DNA of 64,000 nt from Veleropilina oligotropha (lineage: Eukaryota): NCBI GenBank assembly GCA_048128005.1, contig JBEUKZ010000078.1, positions 248,001-312,000 on the forward strand. Direction: 5' to 3'. Position numbers and translations under genes: made by a program. Below the pieces are notes generated by a model. That model had not been told where the DNA came from, ran no database searches, and worked only from the letters and a program-made list of their open reading frames with translations. This document shows positions 36,202 through 47,541 of the stretch, in pieces (within the stretch, counting starts at the first letter, position 1; every line of letters begins with the position of its first letter).

Positions 36202-36559
36202 CCAGGGAGTTCAATGATGGCAAGGAATTAATGTAGTATTAATAGTATACAGCATGTTTAGTTATTAAAGTACAATCCATAATATAATGTTTAACTGAAC
36301 TAATATTGTGAAGCATTTATAATTATGATTTAATTATCCTGACCAATGAATATATTGCAGAACGGTAAAAAATAATATAGAATATTCCACTATGTATACA
36401 TAACGTGAACAATGTTTTTGCTGTTGTTGTGGGTTTTTTAATGTTATGTTGAAATAAGTTGTATGCATGGTAATTGCCGTATGATGATGGAAAAGCATTA
36501 TATTATGTACCATAATGTTATTTGAACTCCTTAGATGTTTGAGACCGACACGGTAGTCT

Positions 36560-36790
36560 TGTGGTGTCGAGTGTCTGCTCCACAATCACAAGCTCGATTG
36601 CGTTAACTAACAGGAGTGAGTTAGAATCGCAGCTGGGGCATTAACATCTTTGTTCAGTTATCAATCAAAGTTGTCCGAAACTGACCCGAGAGGACGGTTT
36701 TCCCAGCGGACTTTCTCCTCACGATGATATGGACATGTCCTGGTTCGAACGTAATGGTTGGAAATATACAGGACATTAAGCATCGATCCA
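36560..36790 (+). mobile_element. SINE family 1 copy (diverged)
   Basis: Shares atatggacatgtcctg and ggttggaaatatacaggacattaagcatcgatcc. Confidence 0.7.
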
Positions 36791-37440
36791 TCAATCTATT
36801 AGTAGATGAAGGTTCTTTTGTCTCCTTCGTTTAGAGTAGTGGATAACGACGAACAAATTGAAATAGATCTATTTAGTAATAAATTCAGAGTACTAATTAA
36901 ACATTCTACTTTTCAGCGTATATCATAATTATATATACATTGCATATAAATAAACAAAAGAACATTGCGAAAGTAATATGTTAGCATAATTTCTCCGTAA
37001 AGAGAATAAAGCTTATTATAAACTTTGCTGCGTAATTATGTATTGATACTATTAAATTTATACTGTACATATCATTAGTTTAGCTATACTCAAATGTAAA
37101 TGGTTTTCATTGTGCCGCATTTGAATCTGTCTTTATAAAGTAAGAAAAGCACTAAATTACTTGTTATGAAATATTGTTCATACATTTACTTGAATATTAT
37201 TTTTACTATCACAATAATGATAAGCAAATGCCTTAATGTATCAGAATGATATTTAAACATATCTATTATCTACTCTTTATTTATTTATTTATAATTTCAT
37301 TAATAAACAACATTCAGAGTATGTTAATTCCTGAAAATTGTATTGAAGAATACAATATTTAACCAACAATATGCCTATGTTTCCCGATAGTCTTACGAAT
37401 TGTTTAAGATGAATGTATCACGCTGTGTTATATGATGCTA

Positions 37441-37725
37441 TCTCCGTCCGTGAAGAAACCCACGCCGAGTTCTCCGCCCGGGAAGAAACCCACACCGAGT
37501 TATCCGTCCGGGAAGAAACCCACGCCGAGTTCTCCGTCCGGGAAAAAACCCACGCCGAGTTCTTCGTCCGAGAAGAAACACATTCCGAGTTCTCCGTCCG
37601 GGAAGATACCCACGTCGAGTTCTCCGTCCGGGAAGAAACCCACGTCGAGTTCTTCGTCCGGGAAGAAACCCACGTCTAGTTCTCCGTCCGGGAAGAAACC
37701 CACGCCGAGTTCTCCGTCCGGGAAG
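37441..37725. repeat. 30-bp GC-rich minisatellite, ~9.5 copies; copy A
   Basis: Unit ccgagttctccgtccgggaagaaacccacg; open in several frames on both strands. Confidence 0.93.
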
Positions 37726-38395
37726 CAACTGCGTCCACCTTAAAAAAAACTACTAGGCGAATTACACGATCACAGTGTGTCCGGTGTCGCTCTTCTTCTG
37801 TCATCTATAGTGGCGCAAAATGATACCAATGGAAATAGTAGATATTGTAAGAGCTGTTTCCATTACAATACAGTTTCAATAAATTACACCTCGATGTACA
37901 TGCGATACATAATCTTGTTTGTCAAATGACCTCATAAATAGGAAATAAATTAGTATTAAAACATGTCTCAATATACAATTATTACGAAGCTATTACAGGT
38001 ACTGATCCACGATACAGACTCGCTGTTGGTTTCATTGGATTGGATAGGATTGAGTATAAAGTAAACATTAATGCTAAACAACATTTTGCATTTGCCTCTA
38101 GTCGAGATGCCAGTTAAGAGCATGATTTATTGACAAACATTATCATGTAAATACATGTGCAAGTTCCTTAAAATGTTATATAACATTTATATATTTAAAT
38201 GAAAATGATATAATTTTTGCAAGCGGTAAATAATATAACAAGTTTGCGCAAATTCGAAAAACCAGACGTCTGCTTTAAATAGCCTCTTTCGTATTTTCAA
38301 AGTGCGCATCAGTTATAGAAAATACCCGTTTAGTCGCTCTTCAAACTTAACTAGGCCAATCTTGACCAGTCACTCCAGTGTCTGTGTAACTTTAA

Positions 38396-39070
38396 GCTGC
38401 GAACAGACAGGACGGACGGAGAGTTACACGCGGGCGGTAAAAATGGAACATATGATATTTGTAGTGGCAAAACACACTAACGCGGACGGCAGGCAAGCGG
38501 GCGTCACGCGGGTGGATAGAATCGCTTCTGTAGCGATTTTTGACGCGTGAGATTTTTGACGCTTGGGGAGATTCCCGTTTGTGACATTTTTAAGTATGGG
38601 TTATTAACCCAGAGAGAGGGTTTTCCTTTCAGGAAAGACCTGGCGGAGTGAATATAAGACTATGGTTATCGGACAAGTCAATCCGAGGGCTTTATTTCCA
38701 TGCAGTTAAAATACGACATCTTACACACTGTTATACATTGTCACTTGATGTATTATATTTTAAATTTTACCAAATTATATAGCATTTTAAATAAAAGTTG
38801 TTTATTTGTTAAATGATGAAATCACATAATCAAGATGATGAATAATTAATTAATTATTAGTTATGTTCATTGCTCAAAGTGCTCAAATTCTAAGAAAACA
38901 TCGTGTTTGAAAACATAAATCCAATACATAAACCAGGGAATATGATGCAAGCCCTTGTACCAATGCATGATTTGCCGCTTGGTAGACGCATCCAGTGTGT
39001 TTTGTTTTTCCGCTTGAGTTCCGCTTGCCGCCTGTGTGACTTTTCCGCCCGCGTCCTGTCTGTTCTCAGC
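38396..39070. mobile_element. TTAA-flanked MITE nested in the YR element
   Basis: Inverted ends gctgcgaacagacaggacg / cgtcctgtctgttctcagc; ttaa at 38392-38395 and 39071-39074. Confidence 0.7.
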
Positions 39071-39559
39071 TTAAGACCTATTTAAATGTATCCATCACCG
39101 CGCGTCCGTTGCCGGGCAGGAAAAACCAGAGAGAAAAAACAGTTTTACATTTTGTATGAACAAACTCTTGAAACCTGCGTTCGAACCAAATAAAACTTAA
39201 CGTGCTGCTTGCTGGACATACAAACTAGAAATGACTTTGCACGCTTTTGGTCACCATTGCCCGCCTGACCACAATGCCTGCCATTGGTCTAATATAACAA
39301 CGTGAACAACATTTCACGCCCTTCAATTGCAGGCTTAAATTTAATGATAATACGTTACGTCCAGACAATAGTTTCTCGTTATACAACATTTTGCATTTGC
39401 CTCTAGCTAGATTGAACAAAGAACGGGAAGCAACGAAGATAATAACGTTTAAGTTATGTAAAAACGTGACTAAGTTGCCATAACACGTTTCTGATACACA
39501 CTACGTAAATCGACGAAATCTATAAGACATGACTGTTGGAAACATTTAAACGAGATACT

Positions 39560-40420
39560 AGAAAATTTGCAATGTAGCCGTTCTTGACAGAATCACTTTT
39601 CCACCTGCCGTGACGTTCCAACATCTCTCATTGCGTTTGCAGCCGCCGACGCACCATCTGCGCGCAATGAGTGTAAACCAATGTTTAAATCTTCGGACAC
39701 CTCTTTCAAACGAGCAACAATGCATTCTCTAGCTCTAGTGTTACTCAATTTTTTGGTTTTTACGAATTAATTTGCAATCTTTACCTGAACGATAAAGTGA
39801 CCTAAATAAAACATGTTTAAATTGTTTTGAATATCTGCCAATAGGAAATATTTGCGAAGCGTATTGTACGGGCATGCATCGGACTCGCCTTTGGATATTA
39901 CTATAGTGTCACCTTGCGTCTATCTATATTGGTCAGTTTTTACTCTGTTCGATACAAACGGAAAAATACGTGTCATAAAAATTAATTTTGCTACATTTCA
40001 AAGAATTAAGCTCTTCAAACCTCAATAACGAATTAAAACATACTAAGATCATGGTCAAATCTCTAATGACTAGTAATTCGGATGGTTGTCTGTATTTGAT
40101 GAACAGTTGTACAATCATATATCTTTGGTAATGGACTCTTTCTTGATAGTTATTTTGTTGGCGTGTCGCTTAGCTGCTTCTACTAAATTGCGCACAAATT
40201 GTCAGTGGGATCGCTCTTGCTCAGAATGTCGTATATCCATTTAATAGCATATTTGACACAAGATATCTCGTTGAAAGAAGATCCGGAGTCCAAAAGTTGT
40301 GTTAGAAACAATACAATCTGGCTGGATTCACCTGGAATGGCATCCCATCCTTGCTCTCCATAAAGTGCTTCCATTTATTAAAATAAGAAAAGTTCTTGCT
40401 ATCATTAGCCTGTCCTCGTG
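39560..40420 (-). pseudogene. Tyrosine recombinase of DIRS/Ngaro type, frameshifted; copy A
   Basis: Catalytic motifs in order: LLRFEEL, SK.DQY, GLHSLRA, HGRWKSDSVKNGYI. Confidence 0.85.
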
Positions 40421-40894
40421 AAATAACAAGATTTTGCTGTTAGCTTTGAATTCCTCCTCATTCCCGTTTCTGCAAAATTTATAATTGTCCGTGTTCAAAT
40501 TCCGAACTTTTGCCATTTGTTCTTCCGTCAATTCACGTTGTTTATCACACAGTCTCCTTCCAAATGAATCAAATTTAGATGCTAAAAGATGCCCTATACT
40601 GTCTAATATTTCATTTTTAATTCATATTTCATATTTCAGAATTAATTTTTGCGCTGATAAATTCGTCCATTTCTGAATCCATCTTGCGAAACTGCTGCTC
40701 GCTGGACATACAAACTAGAAGTGACTTTGCACATTTGTGGTCACCTTTGATCGCCTTACCACAACGCCTGCCATTGGTCTAATATAACTACGTGAACAAC
40801 ATTTCACGCCCTTAAATTGCGCCTAATCAATGATAATACGTTACGGTCAGACAATAGTTTCTCGTTATACTACGAAACGCGAGAAACGTATATT

Positions 40895-41140
40895 CTTATA
40901 TCCTGTATATTAACAACCTTCACGTTCAATGCAAGACAATGACATGTCCATATTATCGTGGGATGAAAGTCCGGTCGCCCGGGGAAACCCGCCCTCTCCT
41001 GCCAGTAATGGACAGCTGCATGCGATTGATAACTGAACAAAGAATGTCATTGCCCAACAGAGAGTCGAACCCACTCCTGTTAGTTATTTCAATCGAGCCA
41101 GTGAATTCAGAGTCGACACTCGAGAACACACGACTACCTT
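40895..41140 (-). mobile_element. SINE family 1 copy, antisense
   Basis: Reverse complement of the family blocks (tcctgtatat, gacatgtccatattatcg, tcgaacccact). Confidence 0.7.
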
Positions 41141-41149
41141 GATGGCCTA

Positions 41150-42265
41150 CTGTTGAAAATGGTCCGATATTTTATGACGGTTGTTATTTAATTGCGTTTC
41201 GAGAAGCCATATTGGACCAAAATCTACTTGCTCTCTACAATTTTGAATCTCCTTCGAAGATTCTTCTCCATGATCCTGCGTGAAGTTCACCATCTTCTCC
41301 AACGCAGTCAACGAGGCCAGATGGAATATATCTAAAAGATGGTACTATAGATTCATCATCTGATAGCAAGTAATTGTGCAAAGCAGATGCAACATTCACA
41401 ACACAGTCAAAAGGAACTTGAATATGCGCCATTATGTTTTCGTAATTCTAAAGGCGGTGTCCAATGTTTTTTGGACCCTAGTCAGACGGTAATTAAATGA
41501 AATTAAACATTTTCAGTAAAACTGTAAATATAGTGGGTGTGGGTTCGAACCATTGTTGGAAACATTGTTCTGTTAGCTAGCAGTCACAGTTGTTGTTGTC
41601 ATAACTGACCAGTGAGGGGTGGTTTTCCTGGGATTTCCTCAGGAGGAACATTATCAAAATCAGTGTAAATAAATATTGGTCTATTTTACCTGCATAGGTC
41701 CTCATCAAATTCCAATGGACCTTGCCGCTCCGACAGTCGTGTTGTTTCGGTTGCATGCAGACACTGAAATTCAATGTCTTAAAACCTCTGACATGGACAG
41801 TAGTGGGTTCGAATCTCGGTTGGAACATGACATTATTTGTTCAGTTATGAATCACTGTTATCCGTAACTGGTCGGTGAGAGCGGGCTTCCAATGCAGCAA
41901 ATTGTCAGCCGAAAAATTTAGCCACTGTTCTGTAGATAGCATGGACAGTATTTTACACATTCCATATTGCCTGACGCGTTTCATGGAATATTCCATTGAC
42001 TTTATATTTTCAAGACGACAGCTATCCGCATCACTTTGTTAGGCATTCGCTGTTGCAAGAATTCGAAGAGTCCGAGATAGTCTCTCATCCATGCTTATAG
42101 GGGATCGATGGTTTCCTTTGTGGAATATAAACGGATCTATCCTGTGTAGAAGATCGTTAAATATCTCTGTTCTCATCCAAACTATATATGTATTGAATAT
42201 CGTCGCTTTCCAATGCTCGAATAAGGGAATTTAATTCGCCTGTTGATTCGCCTTTTCTTTTGCAG
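41150..42265 (-). pseudogene. Old Harbinger transposase relic interrupted by SINE fragments
   Basis: Minus-strand pieces FNDLLHRIDPFI, DERLSRTLRILAT, FHETRQAIWNV, FNYRLTR and ALHNYL...AGSWRR. Confidence 0.65.
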
Positions 42266-42267
42266 CA

Positions 42268-42500
42268 GGAAAGGAAAGGAAAGGATCGATGCTTAATGTC
42301 CTGTATATTTCGAACCATCATTTGGTTCAAAGCAGGACATGTCAATATTATCGCGGGAGGAAAGCCCAATCGTGATTCATAATTTGAACAAATGGGTGAT
42401 GTCTCTGCCGAGGGTTGAACCCACTACTGTTCGCGTCAGCGGAATCAAGCCAGTGATTTTTCGGATTCCGCAACCGAAACCACAGAGTTGTCGAAGCGGC
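42268..42500 (-). mobile_element. SINE family 1 copy, antisense, internally deleted
   Basis: Reverse complement of 9232-9503, including the ggaaaggaaagg tail. Confidence 0.75.
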
Positions 42501-43678
42501 CTGCAGCAGGAAAATTACCAGGGGATATATCTATGTCTTTATCTAAGCCATATAGAAATTTTAGGCACGGAATTTAAAGCATGAACCCCTTCGTGCGGCT
42601 CTCGTTTAGATCGATCATCTGAGATCATACCCGGAGATACGCACGAATGTTTGACGAGGTAATAACGTAAGCGCAGCAGGTGCATAGTCAGTAACAACAC
42701 ACTGCTCAACTGAGGCGGAATCACAACAAATTGAATAATTTCAAGTCTTGTGAAAATGAACGCCAGTGTGAGCACCGCACGTCTGCACTCTTCCGCATGA
42801 CCTACCACCGCACCGATGGTGATAGACTTTCAATGGCAGCAGAAATTGATTGTGATGCTATTTATTAAGTAATCAATAATGAGCAATATCTGAAAGTTTC
42901 GTCACTTTGCTTCATGTAATTTTAGTAATGCACAATATTTATTGTGCTAATGTAGATATAGATAATACAGATATCACGACAACCATTTTCTTTTCGGATT
43001 TAAATTATACCTTATATAATTTACCCTTTATAACCATAATACAGGAGGCTTGGGGTGTGTCTTGCTAAAAAGTGATCTATAAATATATTATGGCGGCTAA
43101 TTCGTGACATCTCGCTTCTACAATACTTCGTATCTTCACCCCACTATTTTGTCAAGAGAAGAGACAAAGACAAGCTAACAACCCTCTCTTCGCCTCCTGT
43201 GTTATCAAGCGATGGAACGAAGATGAAGATGCGATAATTAGCATGACATTGTTCCGTAAAACTGAAGGCAAAGTGACAATAATTAGCATTGCCCTGTCTC
43301 TTTGTCTCGTATCCGAAGTCAGCAATATTGCTGCACAGGTAAAACGTTTCTCGACAGCTCAAAGGGAAGTACCCCGGACAATGGCCACGCTAATTGGAAC
43401 AATATGAATCTGGGTTCCGACTGAGAAATATTCTGAAAACTTTGTTGAAGATATTATCGATAGATTTAATTCAATGTTGAAAAATTGTGTATTCAAAACG
43501 AACAATTAGACGGGCCTATGACATTGGAAGAAGTCACAAAAACAATATGAAAATTAAAAAGAAGTAAGTCACTTAGTTGGGAAGATATTCAAAGATGGTA
43601 AAGGAGTATTGTTTCCATTAATAGTATTGGCATTTATTTATCCTGTTGTATTATGCAGAATACCCCGAGGTTTGGACC

Positions 43679-43900
43679 ACCTTCCTCGATAGCTCAACTG
43701 GTAGAGCGTCGGAAAAACGAAAAGTGGGACAGTAGGATGTGAGCTCAAACCCCCGCTCCGACGTTGCTATTCTAACGCTTAAAGCTAATAGATGGCATAT
43801 CCCTAATATATGTCGGTCAGATCGGAGTGAGACCTTAAACCGGGTGTCACGACGACGATACAGCTGAAATTGATAAGTGGTCGTAAAACAATGCTGCCAA
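43679..43900 (+). mobile_element. SINE family 2 copy
   Basis: gatagctcaactggtagagcg head and tcggagtgagaccttaaaccgggtgtc motif. Confidence 0.8.
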
Positions 43901-44204
43901 CCATTGCCAACGAGGTTTGTACAAAGGCATAATTGTGTCAATAGGTAAATCCAGACAACTATAGAGGCATAGCATCGTCAAGTTTCTTAGGTAAATTATT
44001 TTCGTCGATAATAAATACATAGAGTAATACTGTATTCCAATGAGCAGAGTTGAATGGCAAATATAATGACTGCCAATATGGATTTCGATCATCTATAGAA
44101 GTATGACAGATTGTTAATGACCTAAATATAGACTGTAAACGAAAAATTATAATCAAAGCATTTGACCATAATTATGGAAATGAACAGAGATATTCAGAAT
44201 AAGA

Positions 44205-44445
44205 TGCCGCTCCGGCACCTGTGTAGTCTCGAGTGCCGACTCTAAAATCACTGGTTTGATTTCTCTGACTAACAGGTGTGCGTTCGAATTTCTGTTGTGG
44301 CAATGACATTATTTCTTTAGATGTCAAGTCGTAACAGTTGTCCGAAAGTGATCGGCGATGGTGTACTTTCCTCCCGCGAAAATATGGACATGTCCTGGTT
44401 TGAACCTGGGAGTTGTACATAAACAGGACAATAAGCATCGATCCA
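44205..44445 (+). mobile_element. SINE family 1 copy (diverged)
   Basis: Shared head and tail blocks (atcactggtttgatt, atatggacatgtcctg, caggacaataagcatcgatcc). Confidence 0.65.
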
Positions 44446-44460
44446 ATCTAATCAATTCAT

Positions 44461-46819
44461 AACAAGACAAAATTTCAGCAGATATTTTTATTGTCCTTAT
44501 TATCATATGTACAGCAAAATATATAACAAAGTCAAATTTTTAAATTGCATCAAATAGTCGTTCATATGTACACTATTGTATATTATTATATAAGATTATA
44601 TAATGATAAATATAATTATAAAATAAAATAATCTTACAAATTATCTGCAGCCGCACATTGTCCAGGCATTTTTACTTTATTTATTTAGCAGAAAAATAAT
44701 ATTACATATTAAAACATATGTAAGTAGATAGCACATCCTTTGCATAGCTAACATTATTATATATAGAAAATACTGGCCCTTTTTGCAAAAATCTATAAAA
44801 TATACCTTTGAAATAAATAAATATTGTCATATTAATAGGTAAACATTTCTCTATGCCGGTGTCATCTTTTCTTTACGGTTGGGTTGTGCGATTACAACAC
44901 ACATTTAGAGGTAATAGTCGTCTTAAATATTCAATACATCGTTTACTATTACGCTACCAATATCAAGACATTTTACTATATAATATATAATGACTATAAT
45001 GCCACAATCTCTTAGTATGCGCAACCGACTTCGCCAATACTTAAATTACCAGAATTCGAAAATGCTTATTAGAAATGCAAATATGCCACTGTATTATTAG
45101 ACTGGTGTAGTTTGGCGACTGCGAATATATGTCACGTTATTCACAGGGTAAAATCCGTATTTCTTTAGAGAACGGGGCGATTTCTTTGTCCACCCATAAC
45201 ACATGCCTTCTGCATTTGGCACCCTCTTTTGCTTCAGCGTCATGCCTAAAATAAGCAAATGAAATACATATTTAAATTTAAAATTGAATTTTGATATTAT
45301 GATTCGTTGCTCATCATAAAAAAAGGAAAAAATATCAGATTTAAATATTTTGAAGCTATTCCATTTCAACACAGACTCCATCCTGACATAAACGTTTCCA
45401 TCCACGTTATTCATTGTTAAAAGTGCATATTGACGTTCATGTCAGTTTTACTGCTTGGCTCATTCATATACTCTATTGGTGTAGCCAGAGAGAGCAAGTA
45501 ACACGGGTATATTCAATCATGGACTTAGATAATTTAACACCAATACCTTTTTTCAAGATAAGCTCTTTGCGGTTTTGTCTCTTGTACTCTTCGATGACGG
45601 TCACGTACACGTTTTCGCTGTCTACTTCTGTGTTGATATATTCCGATACCAAATGCATCGTCTCTGTAATATGAACGTGCATTGAACATGAGATGAAACC
45701 ACAAGTATTAGTTACTGTTTAAACCTTGTCCATGTTAAAGACAAGAGACAAGACACAAAGGTGACACAATTCCTTTTGCCATTTAAAGAAAATCGAATTA
45801 TCAATAGCGATCATCTGATATATTTTGAAAAAGCAAAGCAAATTACCAATAGCTACCATCTAACGAATACACACGTAATGCAGTAGCGAATCAAAAACCA
45901 CAGTAAGAATAACTCAACGTAAACTTTATAATCGTTATGCATACACCAGTAGTTTTACTATGTAGACCTACGTATTCTAACGTACCATGCCAATCAAAGC
46001 GAAGAGACTTCTTCTTTTTGCAAATATTTGTCACTGTAAATAAAATAATAAAATAATAAATTAATAACCTCAGAAACAGTTCATCCGCCTCAAACAGTTC
46101 GAGATACTGTATTACAAAAGGATTGTGCAAAAAGTTGTACAATTTATTGAAGTACTCTTTCCCATATTAACTCGGGAAGAAAGCTCGGCCGCCTTGAAAA
46201 ACCCAAAATGTGATAGGTATCTGGATAAAAAGGTCATTGCCCTAATCGGGGTTTGAACGTACTCCTGTTAGATAAAGCCGTCTAGCGAGAGAATTCAGAT
46301 TTCACACTCTGATGCACTCAACAACAAGTACGAAATCACATAGAGAAATGTAGATCAGTTATTGCCATTACGACAATTTTACGATACAAATAAAAAAGTT
46401 AAAAACAAGAACGCAGCAAACTGTTGCAACATTTAACAAAATGCAACATAAAATGGCAACGCGAACAATTTACCTATTTAGGTAATATTCATACAATCCA
46501 CACTCCGAAAATCTGAAAGCGAATATTGGATATGATCATGGTGTTTAAATTTAATTTCACATCATACGCTGTGTTGAAATAATTGATTAATAGATTTTAT
46601 GACAATCTTTACGTCATGAAATTTTTAAGTCAACTGAATTCAAGAAGCCAACAGATTTACGTTCTAGATAGCTATACGCATTATACGTATTAAATAGTTA
46701 TAACAACATGTACTTTTCTCCCTCACCTGTTTCAGTCATAAGTGCTTTATTTGCGGCCGGACGTTTTCTATAGACATCTGGACGCTTTCTCTCATATTTC
46801 GCAAAGGAGTCAAATTCGT
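44461..46819 (+). repeat. Partial, more diverged copy B (homologous to 21208-25918 minus the LINE)
   Basis: Colinear with copies A and C but lacks the RTE-X-like insertion; diverges after ggagtcaaattcgt. Confidence 0.9.
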
Positions 46820-47403
46820 TTTGTTTAATGAGATTGCCGCCAATATTTGTAATGTTGACAATATGGCGGCGATAGTGGAAACATTTATAGCAACGGCCCA
46901 AAAACAACAACATGTTAGAGATTATTGGAACTGATTTTGAGGTAACGAGATTGCGGACGCGACAATCACATATATGCAGGACCCGAGGTACGTATACATG
47001 TATACATAGCTTCTCCGCGATAGCAGACGTCATTGACAGATTGTAACCGGTCAGCGACACATAGCCTATCCACCGTTACTGTTTTTGGCAGATAGTTTTA
47101 AATCCTAATGAAAATTGTTATTCTAATATGTTCATATAGTTTATATAAAGTTACATCGGTTCATTTTCAAAGAATATTTATTAATTAACTTAATTAATCA
47201 ACTATATTCGCACTCTTTTTAGACGGCATTAATGTTAATAATTTATGTAATGAGTAAACACGTCCTTTTTGCATTAAACTGTTTACATATCACTACGCCG
47301 TAATGTCGCCTTCAATCTGCCGCTGATTCTTCGTACCGGTGAGGCAATTTCGTGAGTTTGTAGTTTGTTTCCTACCGAAGAGCGATATGTGATAAACAGA
47401 ACC

Positions 47404-47541
47404 TCACACTCGTGGTAATGTAATATCACATTTATGAAACTCGTATAACTAATTTTCATATTTTCCTCGGCAAGCCTCGGAAAATATGAAAATTAGTTAA
47501 ACTCGTTTCATAAATGTGATATTACATTACCACTCATATGA
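47404..47541. repeat. Long hairpin (29-bp and 21-bp perfect stems) with symmetric bubbles
   Basis: 47412-47440 pairs with 47505-47533; 47446-47466 pairs with 47479-47499. Confidence 0.9.

Larger units (their letters stand above)
21208..40498 (+). repeat. Segmental duplication copy A (paralog of 47561-64000)
   Basis: Colinear from acaagataaagacaagataaattttc onward. Matching ORF pairs include 22180/48555, 27630/54059, 37413/60860 and 40183/63683. The right end is set by the window edge in copy C. Confidence 0.95.
38053..40890 (-). mobile_element. Ngaro/PAT-type tyrosine-recombinase retrotransposon with split direct repeats, lacking RT; copy A
   Basis: Minus-strand order: A1 (40890-40695), gag-like fragment, YR, B1 (~39405-39383), A2 (~39383-39205), B2 (38101-38053). 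Confidence 0.8.

Noticed and set aside
39560..40420. Phage integrase / prophage or horizontal transfer
   Set aside because: Split direct repeats and a gag-like fragment identify a eukaryotic YR retroelement; no phage genes are present.
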